Part shown: positions 27,212 through 36,757 of the stretch, one piece after another
Layout: every line of letters begins with the position of its first letter
Position numbering within the stretch: position 1 is the stretch's first letter
Assembly (NCBI GenBank): GCA_944363715.1
Contig: CALVUX010000007.1
Coordinates: 1,636-65,635, forward strand
Reading direction: 5' to 3'
Source of the DNA: an uncultured Bacilli bacterium
GTDB taxonomy: Bacteria; Bacillota_I; Bacilli_A; RF39; UBA660
Length of the DNA stretch: 64,000 bases
Notes under the pieces: model-generated
Databases searched by the model: none
Seen by the model: the letters and a program-made list of their open reading frames with translations, nothing else
Told to the model about the DNA's origin: nothing
Position numbers and translations under genes: made by a program

Positions 27212-29419
27212 ATGTCAAAGAATTCTGAATTAATAAAAGAATTAAAAAATGGAAATAGTAATAGATGTGATTTCTTTAAAGAAAAAATTAAAGAAGAATT
27301 AAAGAAAAACAATATGGAAATCAATGATACTATTATTAATGATATCTTTAATAAAGCACTAGATACTTATACAGATGATATTAAGATACCTTTCTTATTT
27401 CATATTAAAGCAGTTATAAAGAATAAAGATAAAAAGAAAGAAACCGGAGACTTAAATAAACTTCAATATGATGTTATTAAACTATATTTAACTAAAGAAA
27501 ATAATAAATATTTATCTAAAATAGATATCGCTACTAGGTTATCTATTAAAATTGATGAGGTTATAGATATTATAGAGACTCTTAATAATGATAATAATTT
27601 AGATAAAATATTTCCTAATTATAAAGAAATGCTTAAAGATAGAAATGATTACTTTAAAAAGAAAGCAGTTGTTATATCTGAAAAGCAGATTATTTTATTA
27701 GTAGAATACTGTGGTGGTCTAAAGAAAGAGATGGATTTTAAAGCCCTTGCAAAGAAATATGATAAAACTACTATTGATATTAAAAATGAATTAAATAATA
27801 TCTTTAAACTATTAAAGACAGAAAATAATTTAACTATTTTATTAGATAGATATCCTAATATTAAGAATGCTCTTATAAGAAAAAGTAAATTATTTAATAT
27901 TTCTCTAGATATTAAAGAAGATATAGCAGTTAAACATATTGTAACTAGTGATTTTAAAAGAAAAGCCCATCTTAATAAAGATGATATTACAATGCTAAAA
28001 TTATTAGATAGTTATAATAAAAATGAAATAACCTGTGAAAAAATAAAAGAAGCTGGTTTTGATAGTGTCGCTAGTTTTGTTGATAAGAGAAATAGATTCT
28101 TTAGTAAACTTAGGACTAATGAAAACTTTTTTGATACTGTTAACGAGTTATATCCTAATTTAGGTATTGAAACTTTAATAGATATGCCTAGATTAACATA
28201 TTATGAATTTAAAGCTTTAGCACTTGTAGATGAACATTCTTATAAAAAGGTAATTGAAGATGAGAAATTAATTGAGGAAGATGTATTTAAAAATACTAAG
28301 TCTTTTAATAATATATTAAAGAATGCTATTAATAAGTTAAATGAAAGTGGATATCTATTAGAAAAAGTATCTTTAGTTCTTACTAATTTAAATGATTTAG
28401 AATTAGTTGATAATAAAAAGAAAAAAGATGATTTAAGTCTTTCTTTAATAGAGTTAAAAATATTAGAAACTTTAAATGACAATCCAAACTTAACAAATAG
28501 AGAGCTTGCTGCTATAGCAGGTTTTAAAAGTGAAGCTAGTTTTGTTAATAAAAAATATGAATTATTAACGAGAATTAACAATAATAAAATATTGGAATTA
28601 AAGGTTAAGAGACAATATCCTCATATTGTATTAAAAAAGGAAAATAGAAAAACTAAACTAAGTGATAAAAATATAGAATTACTTACTCTATTAGAAAAAA
28701 ATCTTTCTGATAAGGAAATGGCAGATACTTTAGAATTAGCGAATGAAAAGAGTTATTATACTGTTAAGAGAATATTATTTAAACAATTAGAAGAAAATGA
28801 ATCTCTTAAAAGAGATGCTTTAAGAAAGTTCCCTAACCTAATCTTAGATGATTATATTAAGAATCTTGCTATTAGATTTACAGAAAATGAAATAGTCTTT
28901 TTACAAGAGTTTTGTTTAATAGAAGATAATAATCTTATTTATCAAAGTGAAGAAGAAATCCTAAAGAAGCTTAACTTACAACCTAAGATGATAGAATTTG
29001 TTAAAACTACTTCTACTATTAAAGTTGTTAAAAATATGATTGTAGGTACTAATTTAGATGAATTATTATGGTCTAATTTTACTGATGAGTTTATTACTAG
29101 GGATAGTTTTAATGGTGATAATAGTATTTCTGTTAATAATTTAGAGTTTAAAGAGCAAATGAGTGATGATATATTAGAAGGTATCAAAAGACTTGAAGAG
29201 TCTATCTTTGGAGACTTTGTAGAGCAATGTACTTTAAAAGAAAAATTAGTTCTTGCTCTTAGATTAGGTTATTTTAATAAAAGATTTTTTACTAGTAGTG
29301 AAGTTGCTATGATTACAAAAATGGAAGAGATTAAAGTTATATCTCTAACTAAAAAGTGTTTAAAGATGTCTAGAAATAATTATATAGATGAAAAACAGAA
29401 GCAGAAGATTTTAATTTAA
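27212..29419 (+). CDS. large protein (736 aa) made of repeated sigma-70 region-4/LuxR-like HTH modules
   Basis: About 7 modules of the type L(S/T)xxxxxxLxLL-HTH, for example LSDKEMADTLELANEKSYYTVKRILFKQL and LTNRELAAIAGFKSEASFVNKKYELLTRI. Five of them are followed by a (Y/F)PN motif. A GGGGGA SD precedes the ATG at 27212. Confidence 0.6.
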   Translation: MSKNSELIKELKNGNSNRCDFFKEKIKEELKKNNMEINDTIINDIFNKALDTYTDDIKIPFLFHIKAVIKNKDKKKETGDLNKLQYDVIKLYLTKENNKYLSKIDIATRLSIKIDEVIDIIETLNNDNNLDKIFPNYKEMLKDRNDYFKKKAVVISEKQIILLVEYCGGLKKEMDFKALAKKYDKTTIDIKNELNNIFKLLKTENNLTILLDRYPNIKNALIRKSKLFNISLDIKEDIAVKHIVTSDFKRKAHLNKDDITMLKLLDSYNKNEITCEKIKEAGFDSVASFVDKRNRFFSKLRTNENFFDTVNELYPNLGIETLIDMPRLTYYEFKALALVDEHSYKKVIEDEKLIEEDVFKNTKSFNNILKNAINKLNESGYLLEKVSLVLTNLNDLELVDNKKKKDDLSLSLIELKILETLNDNPNLTNRELAAIAGFKSEASFVNKKYELLTRINNNKILELKVKRQYPHIVLKKENRKTKLSDKNIELLTLLEKNLSDKEMADTLELANEKSYYTVKRILFKQLEENESLKRDALRKFPNLILDDYIKNLAIRFTENEIVFLQEFCLIEDNNLIYQSEEEILKKLNLQPKMIEFVKTTSTIKVVKNMIVGTNLDELLWSNFTDEFITRDSFNGDNSISVNNLEFKEQMSDDILEGIKRLEESIFGDFVEQCTLKEKLVLALRLGYFNKRFFTSSEVAMITKMEEIKVISLTKKCLKMSRNNYIDEKQKQKILI

Positions 29420-29427
29420 GTAAAACT

Positions 29428-29453
29428 AAAAAGTAGGGTCCCCCCTACTTTTT
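29428..29453. terminator. bidirectional intrinsic terminator
   Basis: AAAAAGTAGGG-N4-CCCTACTTTTT between the convergent 736-aa gene and infB. Confidence 0.7.
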
Positions 29454-29457
29454 AAAT

Positions 29458-31581
29458 TTATCTTTCTACTTCTACAAGTTCATATACTTCGATAATATCT
29501 CCTTCTTTATAATCTTGAAAATTATCTAAAGTAAGTCCACAATCATGATCTTTAGACATTTCTTTAACCCCGTCTTTTTCATGTTGAAGTGACTTTATAG
29601 AGCCATTATAAATTACTATACTATCTCTTACTACTCTAGCTTTATCATTATTTTTAATAGTACCAGAAGTTACATGGCAACCTGCTATCATACCAACTTT
29701 AGAGAATTTAAATAGTTGACGTATCTCAGCTGTACCAGTAACTTTTTCTTCATAGATAGGCTCTAACATACCCTTCATAGCTTTTTCCATATCTTCTACT
29801 AATTTATAGATAATATCATAAAGTCTAATTTCGATACTATATTGTTTAGCCATATCTAATACTTTATTATTTCCTCTAACATTAAAACCAATTATTAAAG
29901 CATTAGATGCGGATGCTAGGACAATATCACTTTCTGTAATACCACCAACTGCTCCTCTAATAACATTTATTTTTACTCCTTCTACTTCAATCTTTTCTAA
30001 TGAAGATTTAACTGCTTCTAAACTACCATTAGTATCTGTTTTTAAGACTACATTTATCTCTTTAAGGCCTTCATTTATCTTACCAAATAACTCTTCTAAA
30101 CTCATACCTGTTCTATTAGTATCAGCATCTTTTTCTTTTAAAGCTCTATCACTTGCTATTTGTTTAGCTTGTTTCTCAGTCTCAAAAGCCATAAATTTGT
30201 CCCCTGCACTTGGAACACTAGATAACCCTGTAATCTCAACTGGCATAGCAGGTGGGGCTTCTACGATGTTTCTTCCTAAATCATCTTTTAGGGTTCTAAC
30301 TTTACCAAAAGCTGTTCCTACAACTATAGGATCTCCTAATCTTAAAGTACCATTAGAAATAAGTAAAGTTGCAACTGCTCCTACATGTTTATCCATTTTA
30401 CTTTCAAGTACTGCTCCTGTAGCATAACGATTTGGATTAGCTTTTAATTCTTGCATTTCGGCAATTAATAGAATATTTTCTAATAATTCATCAACACCTT
30501 CACCTGTTTTAGCAGATATCTTAGTTACAATTGTATCTCCACCCCATTCTTCTGGAGTAAGTCCTGCTTCTACAAGTCCTGTCATAACTCTATCTATATT
30601 AGCTTCAGGTTTATCTATTTTATTTATACATACAATAATAGGAACCCCTGCTGCTTTAGCATGATCAATTGCTTCTTTAGTTTGAGGCATTATACCATCA
30701 TCCGCTGCTACTATAATGATAACTATATCAGTAACACTAGCACCTCTTGCTCTCATCTCTGTAAAAGCAGCATGTCCTGGAGTATCTATAAAGGTTATCT
30801 TTTTACCATTACATTCTACTTGATAAGCACCTATTTCTTGAGTAATGCCACCAGCTTCTCCACTTGCAACATTACTTTTTCTAATATAATCAAGAAGTGT
30901 TGTTTTACCATGATCAACATGTCCCATTATAGTTACAACAGGAGGACGTTCTACTAAGTCTTCTTCTCTATCTTCTATTTCATAATTTTCAAAGTTAGAA
31001 ATGTCAGCAGTTTCTTCTTTTTTAACTGTTTTATTATAATCTAGAGCGATTAATTCAACAGTATCAAAACTAACACTATTATTAACAGTAGCCATTATTC
31101 CTAATCCCATTAATTTCTTAATAATCTCCCCAGTAGAAACATCTAAAAGATTAGCTAAATCTGATACTGTCATACCTTCTTTATATAGTAAAACATTCTC
31201 ATCTACTACTTGCTCATTACTTTGTAACTTTTCTTTATGTTTATATATCTTCTTTCTTTCTTGTTTAAAGTTACTCTTATCTTTCTCTTGTTTCTTAACT
31301 TTTTTAACCTTACTTGTTTTAACTAGATTATCATTAGTAAGATTAGATTCATATGCTATTTGTTCTGCTTTCTCATCTAAATTATAATCATTAAGCATCT
31401 CTTCATCAGGATTAGTTTCTACATAATCTTCTTCATCTTGAAAAGAATTATCTAGAAGTATTATCTCATCATCACTAAGAATTCTTTCCAAATCACTTGT
31501 ATCCATAGCAAGACTTTCCATATGTTTAACTACATTTTCTACACTTCTATTAATATCTTCTGCATATTCTTTTATTGTCAT
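29458..31581 (-). CDS. infB: translation initiation factor IF-2
   Basis: GTPase motifs [20 protein letters not shown] and NKID, plus C-terminal IF-2 domains. Confidence 0.95.
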   Translation of the reverse strand: MTIKEYAEDINRSVENVVKHMESLAMDTSDLERILSDDEIILLDNSFQDEEDYVETNPDEEMLNDYNLDEKAEQIAYESNLTNDNLVKTSKVKKVKKQEKDKSNFKQERKKIYKHKEKLQSNEQVVDENVLLYKEGMTVSDLANLLDVSTGEIIKKLMGLGIMATVNNSVSFDTVELIALDYNKTVKKEETADISNFENYEIEDREEDLVERPPVVTIMGHVDHGKTTLLDYIRKSNVASGEAGGITQEIGAYQVECNGKKITFIDTPGHAAFTEMRARGASVTDIVIIIVAADDGIMPQTKEAIDHAKAAGVPIIVCINKIDKPEANIDRVMTGLVEAGLTPEEWGGDTIVTKISAKTGEGVDELLENILLIAEMQELKANPNRYATGAVLESKMDKHVGAVATLLISNGTLRLGDPIVVGTAFGKVRTLKDDLGRNIVEAPPAMPVEITGLSSVPSAGDKFMAFETEKQAKQIASDRALKEKDADTNRTGMSLEELFGKINEGLKEINVVLKTDTNGSLEAVKSSLEKIEVEGVKINVIRGAVGGITESDIVLASASNALIIGFNVRGNNKVLDMAKQYSIEIRLYDIIYKLVEDMEKAMKGMLEPIYEEKVTGTAEIRQLFKFSKVGMIAGCHVTSGTIKNNDKARVVRDSIVIYNGSIKSLQHEKDGVKEMSKDHDCGLTLDNFQDYKEGDIIEVYELVEVER

Positions 31582-31590
31582 AAAATCACC

Positions 31591-31851
31591 TCACTCTAAT
31601 ATTTTTCTTATTTCATCATATACCTCATCACTAATTTCACATTCTAGTTTTCTCTCTAAGCTCTTTTTCTTAATAGCTTCTTCTAAGACTTTTACATCTC
31701 TTTTAATATATGCACCTCTACCGTTCATTTTTCCTGTTAAATCAACTTTAACTTCTCCATCTTTACTTCTAACTATTCTAAGTAGTTCACGTTTATCTAA
31801 TTTTTCTCCTGTTACTACACAACTTCTAAGAGGAATTTTTCTTGTTTTCAT
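31591..31851 (-). CDS. ylxR: YlxR/RnpM family RNA-binding protein (DUF448)
   Basis: RSCVVTGEKLDKRELLRIV...GRGAYI, located between nusA and infB. Confidence 0.85.
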   Translation of the reverse strand: MKTRKIPLRSCVVTGEKLDKRELLRIVRSKDGEVKVDLTGKMNGRGAYIKRDVKVLEEAIKKKSLERKLECEISDEVYDEIRKILE

Positions 31852-31860
31852 AACTACCTC

Positions 31861-33075
31861 CTATTCTGATTTTATACTAATACCCATTTCCTTAGCTTGT
31901 TCTGTTGTTTTAATATCAATTTTATATTTAGTAAGTCTAGTAGCAAGTTTAGCATTAAGTCCTTTTTTACCTATAGCAAGTGAGAAATTATCACCATCTG
32001 CTATTACTAAAGCTTCTTTCTTTTTAGGATCAGTAATTAATACTGTTAAATCTTTAGCAGGACTTAAAGCATTTTCTATAAATACTGCAGGATCACTATC
32101 ATATTTAACAATATCTACTTTCTCACCATTAAGCTCTGTAATGATATTTGCAATACGACTACCACGTTCTCCAATACACGCTCCAATAGGATCAACTTTA
32201 GGGTTTTCTGAGTATACTGCTACTTTACTTCTAACTCCTGCTTCTCTTGCTACACTATATAAAAGTACTGTACCATCAACTAGTTCTGGTATTTCACTTT
32301 CAAATAATCTTTTAACAAAACCGAAATGTCTTCTACTAAGTAGTACAAGTAAGCTTCTACCATTATTATCTACTTTAGTAACATATACTTTAATCTGACT
32401 ACCCATTTCAATATGTTCACCTGGTATAATATCTTTCTTAGGTAAAATACCATTAGTACGTCCTAAGTCAATAAAGTAGTTATCAGTATCTTCTAAAGCT
32501 ACTGTACCAACAAGTAATTCATCTTGTTTATCTCCAAATTCATCAGTAATACTAGAACGTTCTGCTTCTCTAATCTTTTGAATAACTACTTGTTTAGCGG
32601 TAGATGCTGCAACTCTACCAAAGTCTTTAGGAGTAACTTCAGTATCAATAGTATCTCCAACTTCAACAGTTTTATCTAACTTTCTAGCATCACTAAGTTT
32701 AATCTCAGTACCTGGATTAAAGAAACTAATCTTTTCTTCTTCTTCATCCTTTTCCTTAGCTTTTTCTTCTTCTTTAAACTCTTTTTCAGTTATTTCTGTA
32801 TCAAGATTTTCATCTTCAGCATAACGCTCAAACAAAGCATCTTCATACTCTTCTTTAGTCATCTTATCATCAGGTACAACAGTAAGGTAAGAATATACTT
32901 TAATATCTCCATTATTTTCATTAATTAAGACTTTTACATTATTATTTTTACTTTTAGCATTCTTCTTATAAGCACTAGTTAAAGCATTTCTCATCGCTTC
33001 AAAGATAATTTCTTTATCTATATGTTTTTCTTTAACTACTAAATCAACTGCTTTAAGAAACTCTTTTCCATTCAT
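31861..33075 (-). CDS. nusA: transcription termination/antitermination factor NusA
   Basis: NTD, S1 (GTVALEDTDNYFIDLG) and KH1/KH2 (GACIGERGSRI, LAIGKKGLNAKLA). The NTD contains an acidic insertion of about 50 aa. Confidence 0.93.
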   Translation of the reverse strand: MNGKEFLKAVDLVVKEKHIDKEIIFEAMRNALTSAYKKNAKSKNNNVKVLINENNGDIKVYSYLTVVPDDKMTKEEYEDALFERYAEDENLDTEITEKEFKEEEKAKEKDEEEEKISFFNPGTEIKLSDARKLDKTVEVGDTIDTEVTPKDFGRVAASTAKQVVIQKIREAERSSITDEFGDKQDELLVGTVALEDTDNYFIDLGRTNGILPKKDIIPGEHIEMGSQIKVYVTKVDNNGRSLLVLLSRRHFGFVKRLFESEIPELVDGTVLLYSVAREAGVRSKVAVYSENPKVDPIGACIGERGSRIANIITELNGEKVDIVKYDSDPAVFIENALSPAKDLTVLITDPKKKEALVIADGDNFSLAIGKKGLNAKLATRLTKYKIDIKTTEQAKEMGISIKSE

Positions 33076-33076
33076 A

Positions 33077-33325
33077 CTACATGTCTCCTTTCTCTTTAGA
33101 ATGTATATCTAATACATCTATATCATTACATAAGTTATTCTCATCCATAATAGGATTAATAATTTTAGTTGCCTCTGTTATTTTATTAACATCAATTATC
33201 TCTTCACTATCAAGTTCAATATTTAATGTTTTAACTCCTTCTTCAGTAGAATAATAAACACTACTAACAAATAGTCCTAAGTCTTTAATTTTATCATCTA
33301 CTAAAGCTTTTACTTTACTCTCCAT
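33077..33325 (-). CDS. rimP: ribosome maturation factor RimP, N-terminal domain only (82 aa)
   Basis: It occupies the position immediately upstream of nusA. The N-terminal RimP-like sequence (LGLFVSSVYYSTEEGVKTLNIELD) is present but the C-terminal Sm-like domain is absent. Confidence 0.6.
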   Translation of the reverse strand: MESKVKALVDDKIKDLGLFVSSVYYSTEEGVKTLNIELDSEEIIDVNKITEATKIINPIMDENNLCNDIDVLDIHSKEKGDM

Positions 33326-33385
33326 AATACCTCCTTACAAACTAAAGAGCGAAGTCTTTTAAACTTCACTCCTTTCTTGAAAATA

Positions 33386-33414
33386 ATTATACTATATAAA
33401 AATAGTTTTGTCAA
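33386..33414 (-). promoter_or_regulatory. sigma-A promoter (TTGACA-N17-TATAAT) of the rimP-nusA operon
   Basis: Consensus hexamers on the - strand, with -35 at 33409-33414 and -10 at 33386-33391. Confidence 0.6.
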
Positions 33415-33455
33415 AACAGTTATTTAATGATATTATTATATAGTAGGTGATGAAT

Positions 33456-34139
33456 ATGAAAAAAGAAAGAGTATTAGAAATATGTAAAGGACTTCTAACA
33501 TTTCTTATATTTTATTTTAGTAGTTATTTACAAGTAATACCAATTGCCATATTTAATATTGATATTAATAATTATACAGCAACAGATTTAGCGATTGTTA
33601 ATACTTTTACTGATTTAATATTAGTATTGATATTAATAGTTCTATATTATAAAGAATTAAAGAAAGAATTTAAAACTTTTAAAGATAATTGGAAAATGAA
33701 CATGGATACTGCCTTTAAATATTGGTTTCTTGGCTTAATGATTATGTGTATATCTAATATTGCTATTGGTCTTATTACAAGTTTAAGTACTTCTAGTAAT
33801 GAACAAGCGGTTCAAGGGTTAATAAGTTCTACTCCTTATTTAATGTTATTTACAGCTGGAATACTTGCACCTATAGCAGAAGAATTAACATTTAGAAAAG
33901 GGGTATCTAAGATATTTAAAAATAAATGGATATATGCAACGGCTTCTGGATTAATTTTTGGTCTATTACATGTAATAGGTAGTGGCAATATCTTAGAGTA
34001 CTTATATGTTATTCCTTATGGAAGTCTAGGTTTCTTCTTTGCTTTAACTTATTATGATACTAAAAGTATTTATCCATCTATTATAATGCATGCGATACAC
34101 AATAGTGCTTTAATACTTCTATCTATATTTGCATATTAA
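33456..34139 (+). CDS. CPBP family intramembrane glutamic endopeptidase (CAAX protease-like)
   Basis: Motifs EELTFRKG, FGLLHV and HAIHN in a polytopic membrane protein. The start could be 33447, 33450 or 33456. Confidence 0.8.
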   Translation: MKKERVLEICKGLLTFLIFYFSSYLQVIPIAIFNIDINNYTATDLAIVNTFTDLILVLILIVLYYKELKKEFKTFKDNWKMNMDTAFKYWFLGLMIMCISNIAIGLITSLSTSSNEQAVQGLISSTPYLMLFTAGILAPIAEELTFRKGVSKIFKNKWIYATASGLIFGLLHVIGSGNILEYLYVIPYGSLGFFFALTYYDTKSIYPSIIMHAIHNSALILLSIFAY

Positions 34140-34160
34140 AAACGTCCGAAGACGTTTTTA
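34138..34160. terminator. intrinsic terminator
   Basis: AAAACGTC-CGAA-GACGTTTT hairpin followed by a T-run. Confidence 0.65.
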
Positions 34161-34170
34161 TTTCTTTTTT

Positions 34171-34368
34171 CTATAAACCAGTGTATTCCATTACTTTATT
34201 AATGCTTTCTCCTACTCTTAGCATAGTTTTAGCAATAGATTTTTTCATTATTAGCACCTTCTTTTCTACATCACTTCTAGCAGAATTCATCTTTTTTTCA
34301 TGTACTATCTCTCCATCATAATATGTTCCAAATTCATCCTCTAATTCTAATTCTTTTAACTTTTCCAT
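34171..34368 (-). CDS. hypothetical small protein (65 aa)
   Basis: Intact ORF. The C-terminal IAKTMLRVGESINKVMEYTGL resembles the HTH tail of Rpn-family proteins. Weak call. Confidence 0.35.
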   Translation of the reverse strand: MEKLKELELEDEFGTYYDGEIVHEKKMNSARSDVEKKVLIMKKSIAKTMLRVGESINKVMEYTGL

Positions 34369-34502
34369 AATAATTTTCCCTTATCTAAATCTCCTACTAT
34401 TCTTTCCATTTCTTCATAAAACCATTTATAATGGTCATCTTTAATTAGAGCTTTAGCAGTTGTATCTGTCATTAATGATATAAATCTTAGAACTTTATTC
34501 AT
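34356..34502 (-). CDS. hypothetical small protein (48 aa)
   Basis: The ATG (MNKVLRF...) is preceded by an AAGGGGGA SD. It overlaps the next small ORF by 13 nt. The track start at 34553 (TTG) is unlikely. Confidence 0.35.
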   Translation of the reverse strand: MNKVLRFISLMTDTTAKALIKDDHYKWFYEEMERIVGDLDKGKLLWKS

Positions 34503-34690
34503 AAAGTTCCCCCTTTCTGCAATACTTATAACACAGTCTAAAAATGTTTGCAAAAAGACAATTTTGTAAATTCAAGAAAAATTTTCATGACCTCCTTTTC
34601 CCCTTCTTTTATACAAGTCTCCCATCTATCTATAAAGTATCATGATAGATAGGTGATACCAAGAGGAAAAGCAACAAATTAATGGCATAA

Positions 34691-34725
34691 ATAAAAATCT
34701 AGTATGTTTTATTTACACACTAGAT
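34691..34725 (-). terminator. intrinsic terminator of the 608-aa gene
   Basis: ATCTAGT-N15-ACTAGAT hairpin followed by TTTTAT on the - strand. Confidence 0.5.
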
Positions 34726-34750
34726 TATATACTGGCTAGATTACTGACAC

Positions 34751-36577
34751 CTAACTACCTAGAGAAAGGACAAACGGATCTGATTTAGTACCTATCCCTG
34801 AAGTTATCTGCACGTTAGATTTTAGATTAAAAGTTGGTCTAATACCATAATTAGTACTTAATGCAAAGTTCGAACTAGCACCACCAGCATCATAATTTAC
34901 ACATCTAACGGCACTAGAAGAATTTTTGGTCAAAGTCCAATAATGGATATTTTTATTATAATCATTAAATTGACCTGCCATTAATTCTCCTAATCTTAAG
35001 AGTCCTATCTCTACTGACGTTCTATTTGTAACTAAGCTACTCATATTAGAGTCATTATATTTTGATAACCTATAATTAATTCCAGGACCAACTGTACCCA
35101 AATACCATAAAGTATTATCTTCTATCATACTTGCTTGATCCACAGTTAAATAATTTATTAAATAATCTCCATTTAAGAATGTTCCCATTGTAGTTGCAAT
35201 AGAATAATTTGAACTGCTATTGTCAAAACCTAGTGCTTTAAATTTACCATTTTCTTTCAATGGTTCTGCACTTGTTATTTTCGTTAATCCAGGAACTTCA
35301 TGACTTACTATTCTATACAAAGTATTTTCTCCTGTTCCAAAGGTTATGTACTCACCACTATATCTACTTGAAACAAAAGTTCCAGATAAACTTCTATCAT
35401 TATCTCCAGCTAATCTATATGGATCTTCCTCTGTGCCTTTCCCATCGACAGTTTTTATTCCAGATCTTAAATTTATTGTTGGCCTAATTCCAATAGAATG
35501 ATGTGAATTTAAATTATTAGCAATACCTCCACTATAATTAATTGAATAAATATTTCCATCAGAAGTTGGAGTAATCGTTCTCCACCACAGCATATTGTTC
35601 AAATAACCATCAACAGGCGTTGTACCAGTGTAACTCATTACATATTCATATATATTCAAAAGTCCTACTGGATTTTCTACTGTTGTAGTTTTTGGTGGTT
35701 TACTTGTTTCTGTGGTCATCGTTGCATTCCACTTGCTATCCATTTTAATAAAATTCTCTGGTTCTCTTAAATTACCAAGAAAACCATCTACACTCGTATC
35801 ATTTAGCCACATTTCCATATGACTTCCTTTAAATGAACTACTATTATCATCATAAGGAATTGCACTTATATTCCACTGTGTCACTAGCTTAACACTATTA
35901 TCCGCAGGATCTATACTAACCGCTCTCCATATCTTTCCACTGTACCAAATATAATTATTTGGATTTTCTCCTGTTATAAATATTTGTTCACTATCACTTG
36001 TATTTATATTGTTCTTGCTATCTTTAAGTAATACTTTATATAACTCTACTCCTTCATACTCTTTAAATAGATGCCCATCACTTGGTAATACCAAATCATT
36101 ATAATCTAGTCCCACACTTACTCCTAAATTTATAGTTACACTATTACTAGATATATTATTAACTCTTATCTTATAAGTATTACTAGATCCTGAAGTATCT
36201 ATTTTCTCTAAATTCATTCCTGTTTCTACTGGGGGAATATTTATTCCTTCTTCATTTAGATAACCTATTTCTACATCGCTAGGTATATCGCCTATATAAT
36301 AAAAGTTAAACCTTGCTATTCTATTATTAGGATTACTTAAAGTTATAATGAAATCTTTACTACTATTAGGTGATACTGTTAAAGTGTTGCTATTACTCCC
36401 ATCTACTTCTAATTTGTAATTTAAACTACCTGTTACTATACTTATAGCATTACTCTTCTCTTTTGTTACTGTAAACATAGCATATGAAAAGTAACTTCCT
36501 AATATAAATAGAGTTATTATAATCATTACTAGCATATATATCTTACTAAAACTCGTTTCTAACAATAATCTTTTCAT
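34751..36577 (-). CDS. secreted/membrane-anchored protein (608 aa) with two repeated C-terminal modules
   Basis: N-terminal signal-anchor (IYMLVMIIITLFILGSYFSYAMF). The repeated module ends are IGIRPTINLRSGIKTVDGKGTEEDPYRL and YGIRPTFNLKSNVQITSGIGTKSDPFVL. Confidence 0.75.
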   Translation of the reverse strand: MKRLLLETSFSKIYMLVMIIITLFILGSYFSYAMFTVTKEKSNAISIVTGSLNYKLEVDGSNSNTLTVSPNSSKDFIITLSNPNNRIARFNFYYIGDIPSDVEIGYLNEEGINIPPVETGMNLEKIDTSGSSNTYKIRVNNISSNSVTINLGVSVGLDYNDLVLPSDGHLFKEYEGVELYKVLLKDSKNNINTSDSEQIFITGENPNNYIWYSGKIWRAVSIDPADNSVKLVTQWNISAIPYDDNSSSFKGSHMEMWLNDTSVDGFLGNLREPENFIKMDSKWNATMTTETSKPPKTTTVENPVGLLNIYEYVMSYTGTTPVDGYLNNMLWWRTITPTSDGNIYSINYSGGIANNLNSHHSIGIRPTINLRSGIKTVDGKGTEEDPYRLAGDNDRSLSGTFVSSRYSGEYITFGTGENTLYRIVSHEVPGLTKITSAEPLKENGKFKALGFDNSSSNYSIATTMGTFLNGDYLINYLTVDQASMIEDNTLWYLGTVGPGINYRLSKYNDSNMSSLVTNRTSVEIGLLRLGELMAGQFNDYNKNIHYWTLTKNSSSAVRCVNYDAGGASSNFALSTNYGIRPTFNLKSNVQITSGIGTKSDPFVLSLGS

Positions 36578-36601
36578 CTTCTTACTCCTTTCATTATTAC
36601 A

Positions 36602-36636
36602 CTATAAAAAGAATAGAATACTCCTACTCTATTCTT
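36602..36636 (-). terminator. intrinsic terminator/attenuator 25 nt upstream of the 608-aa gene start
   Basis: 12-bp hairpin AAGAAUAGAGUA-GGAG-UAUUCUAUUCUU (36609-36636) followed by UUUUUA on the - strand. Confidence 0.6.
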
Positions 36637-36663
36637 TTAAGCCATAATGAAAGAAAGTATTTA

Positions 36664-36723
36664 CTAGATACTTACTAAAGTACCCCCCCCCCAGGTAACA
36701 TATTGTGAACGTAATATTTTCAT
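36664..36723 (-). CDS. candidate 19-codon leader ORF (MKILRSQYVTWGGGTLVSI) containing the G10 tract
   Basis: The ATG at 36723 is preceded by GAAGG, and the stop TAG is at 36664-36666. Whether it is translated is unproven. Confidence 0.3.
   Translation of the reverse strand: MKILRSQYVTWGGGTLVSI
36683..36692. repeat. homopolymeric C10 (G10 on the coding - strand) tract
   Basis: TACCCCCCCCCCAGG read directly from the sequence. It is the longest G/C homopolymer I noticed in this AT-rich window. Confidence 0.95.
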
Positions 36724-36757
36724 ACTTTTACCTTCTTTCCTTATCTTTGATAATTTA

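Noticed and set aside
34171-34553. Two overlapping small ORFs (48 and 65 aa, 13-nt overlap) look like a toxin-antitoxin pair by size and arrangement.
   Set aside because: There are no recognisable toxin or antitoxin motifs. One has only a weak resemblance to the C-terminal tail of Rpn-family proteins, so they may be remnants of a decayed larger gene. The evidence is insufficient for a TA call.
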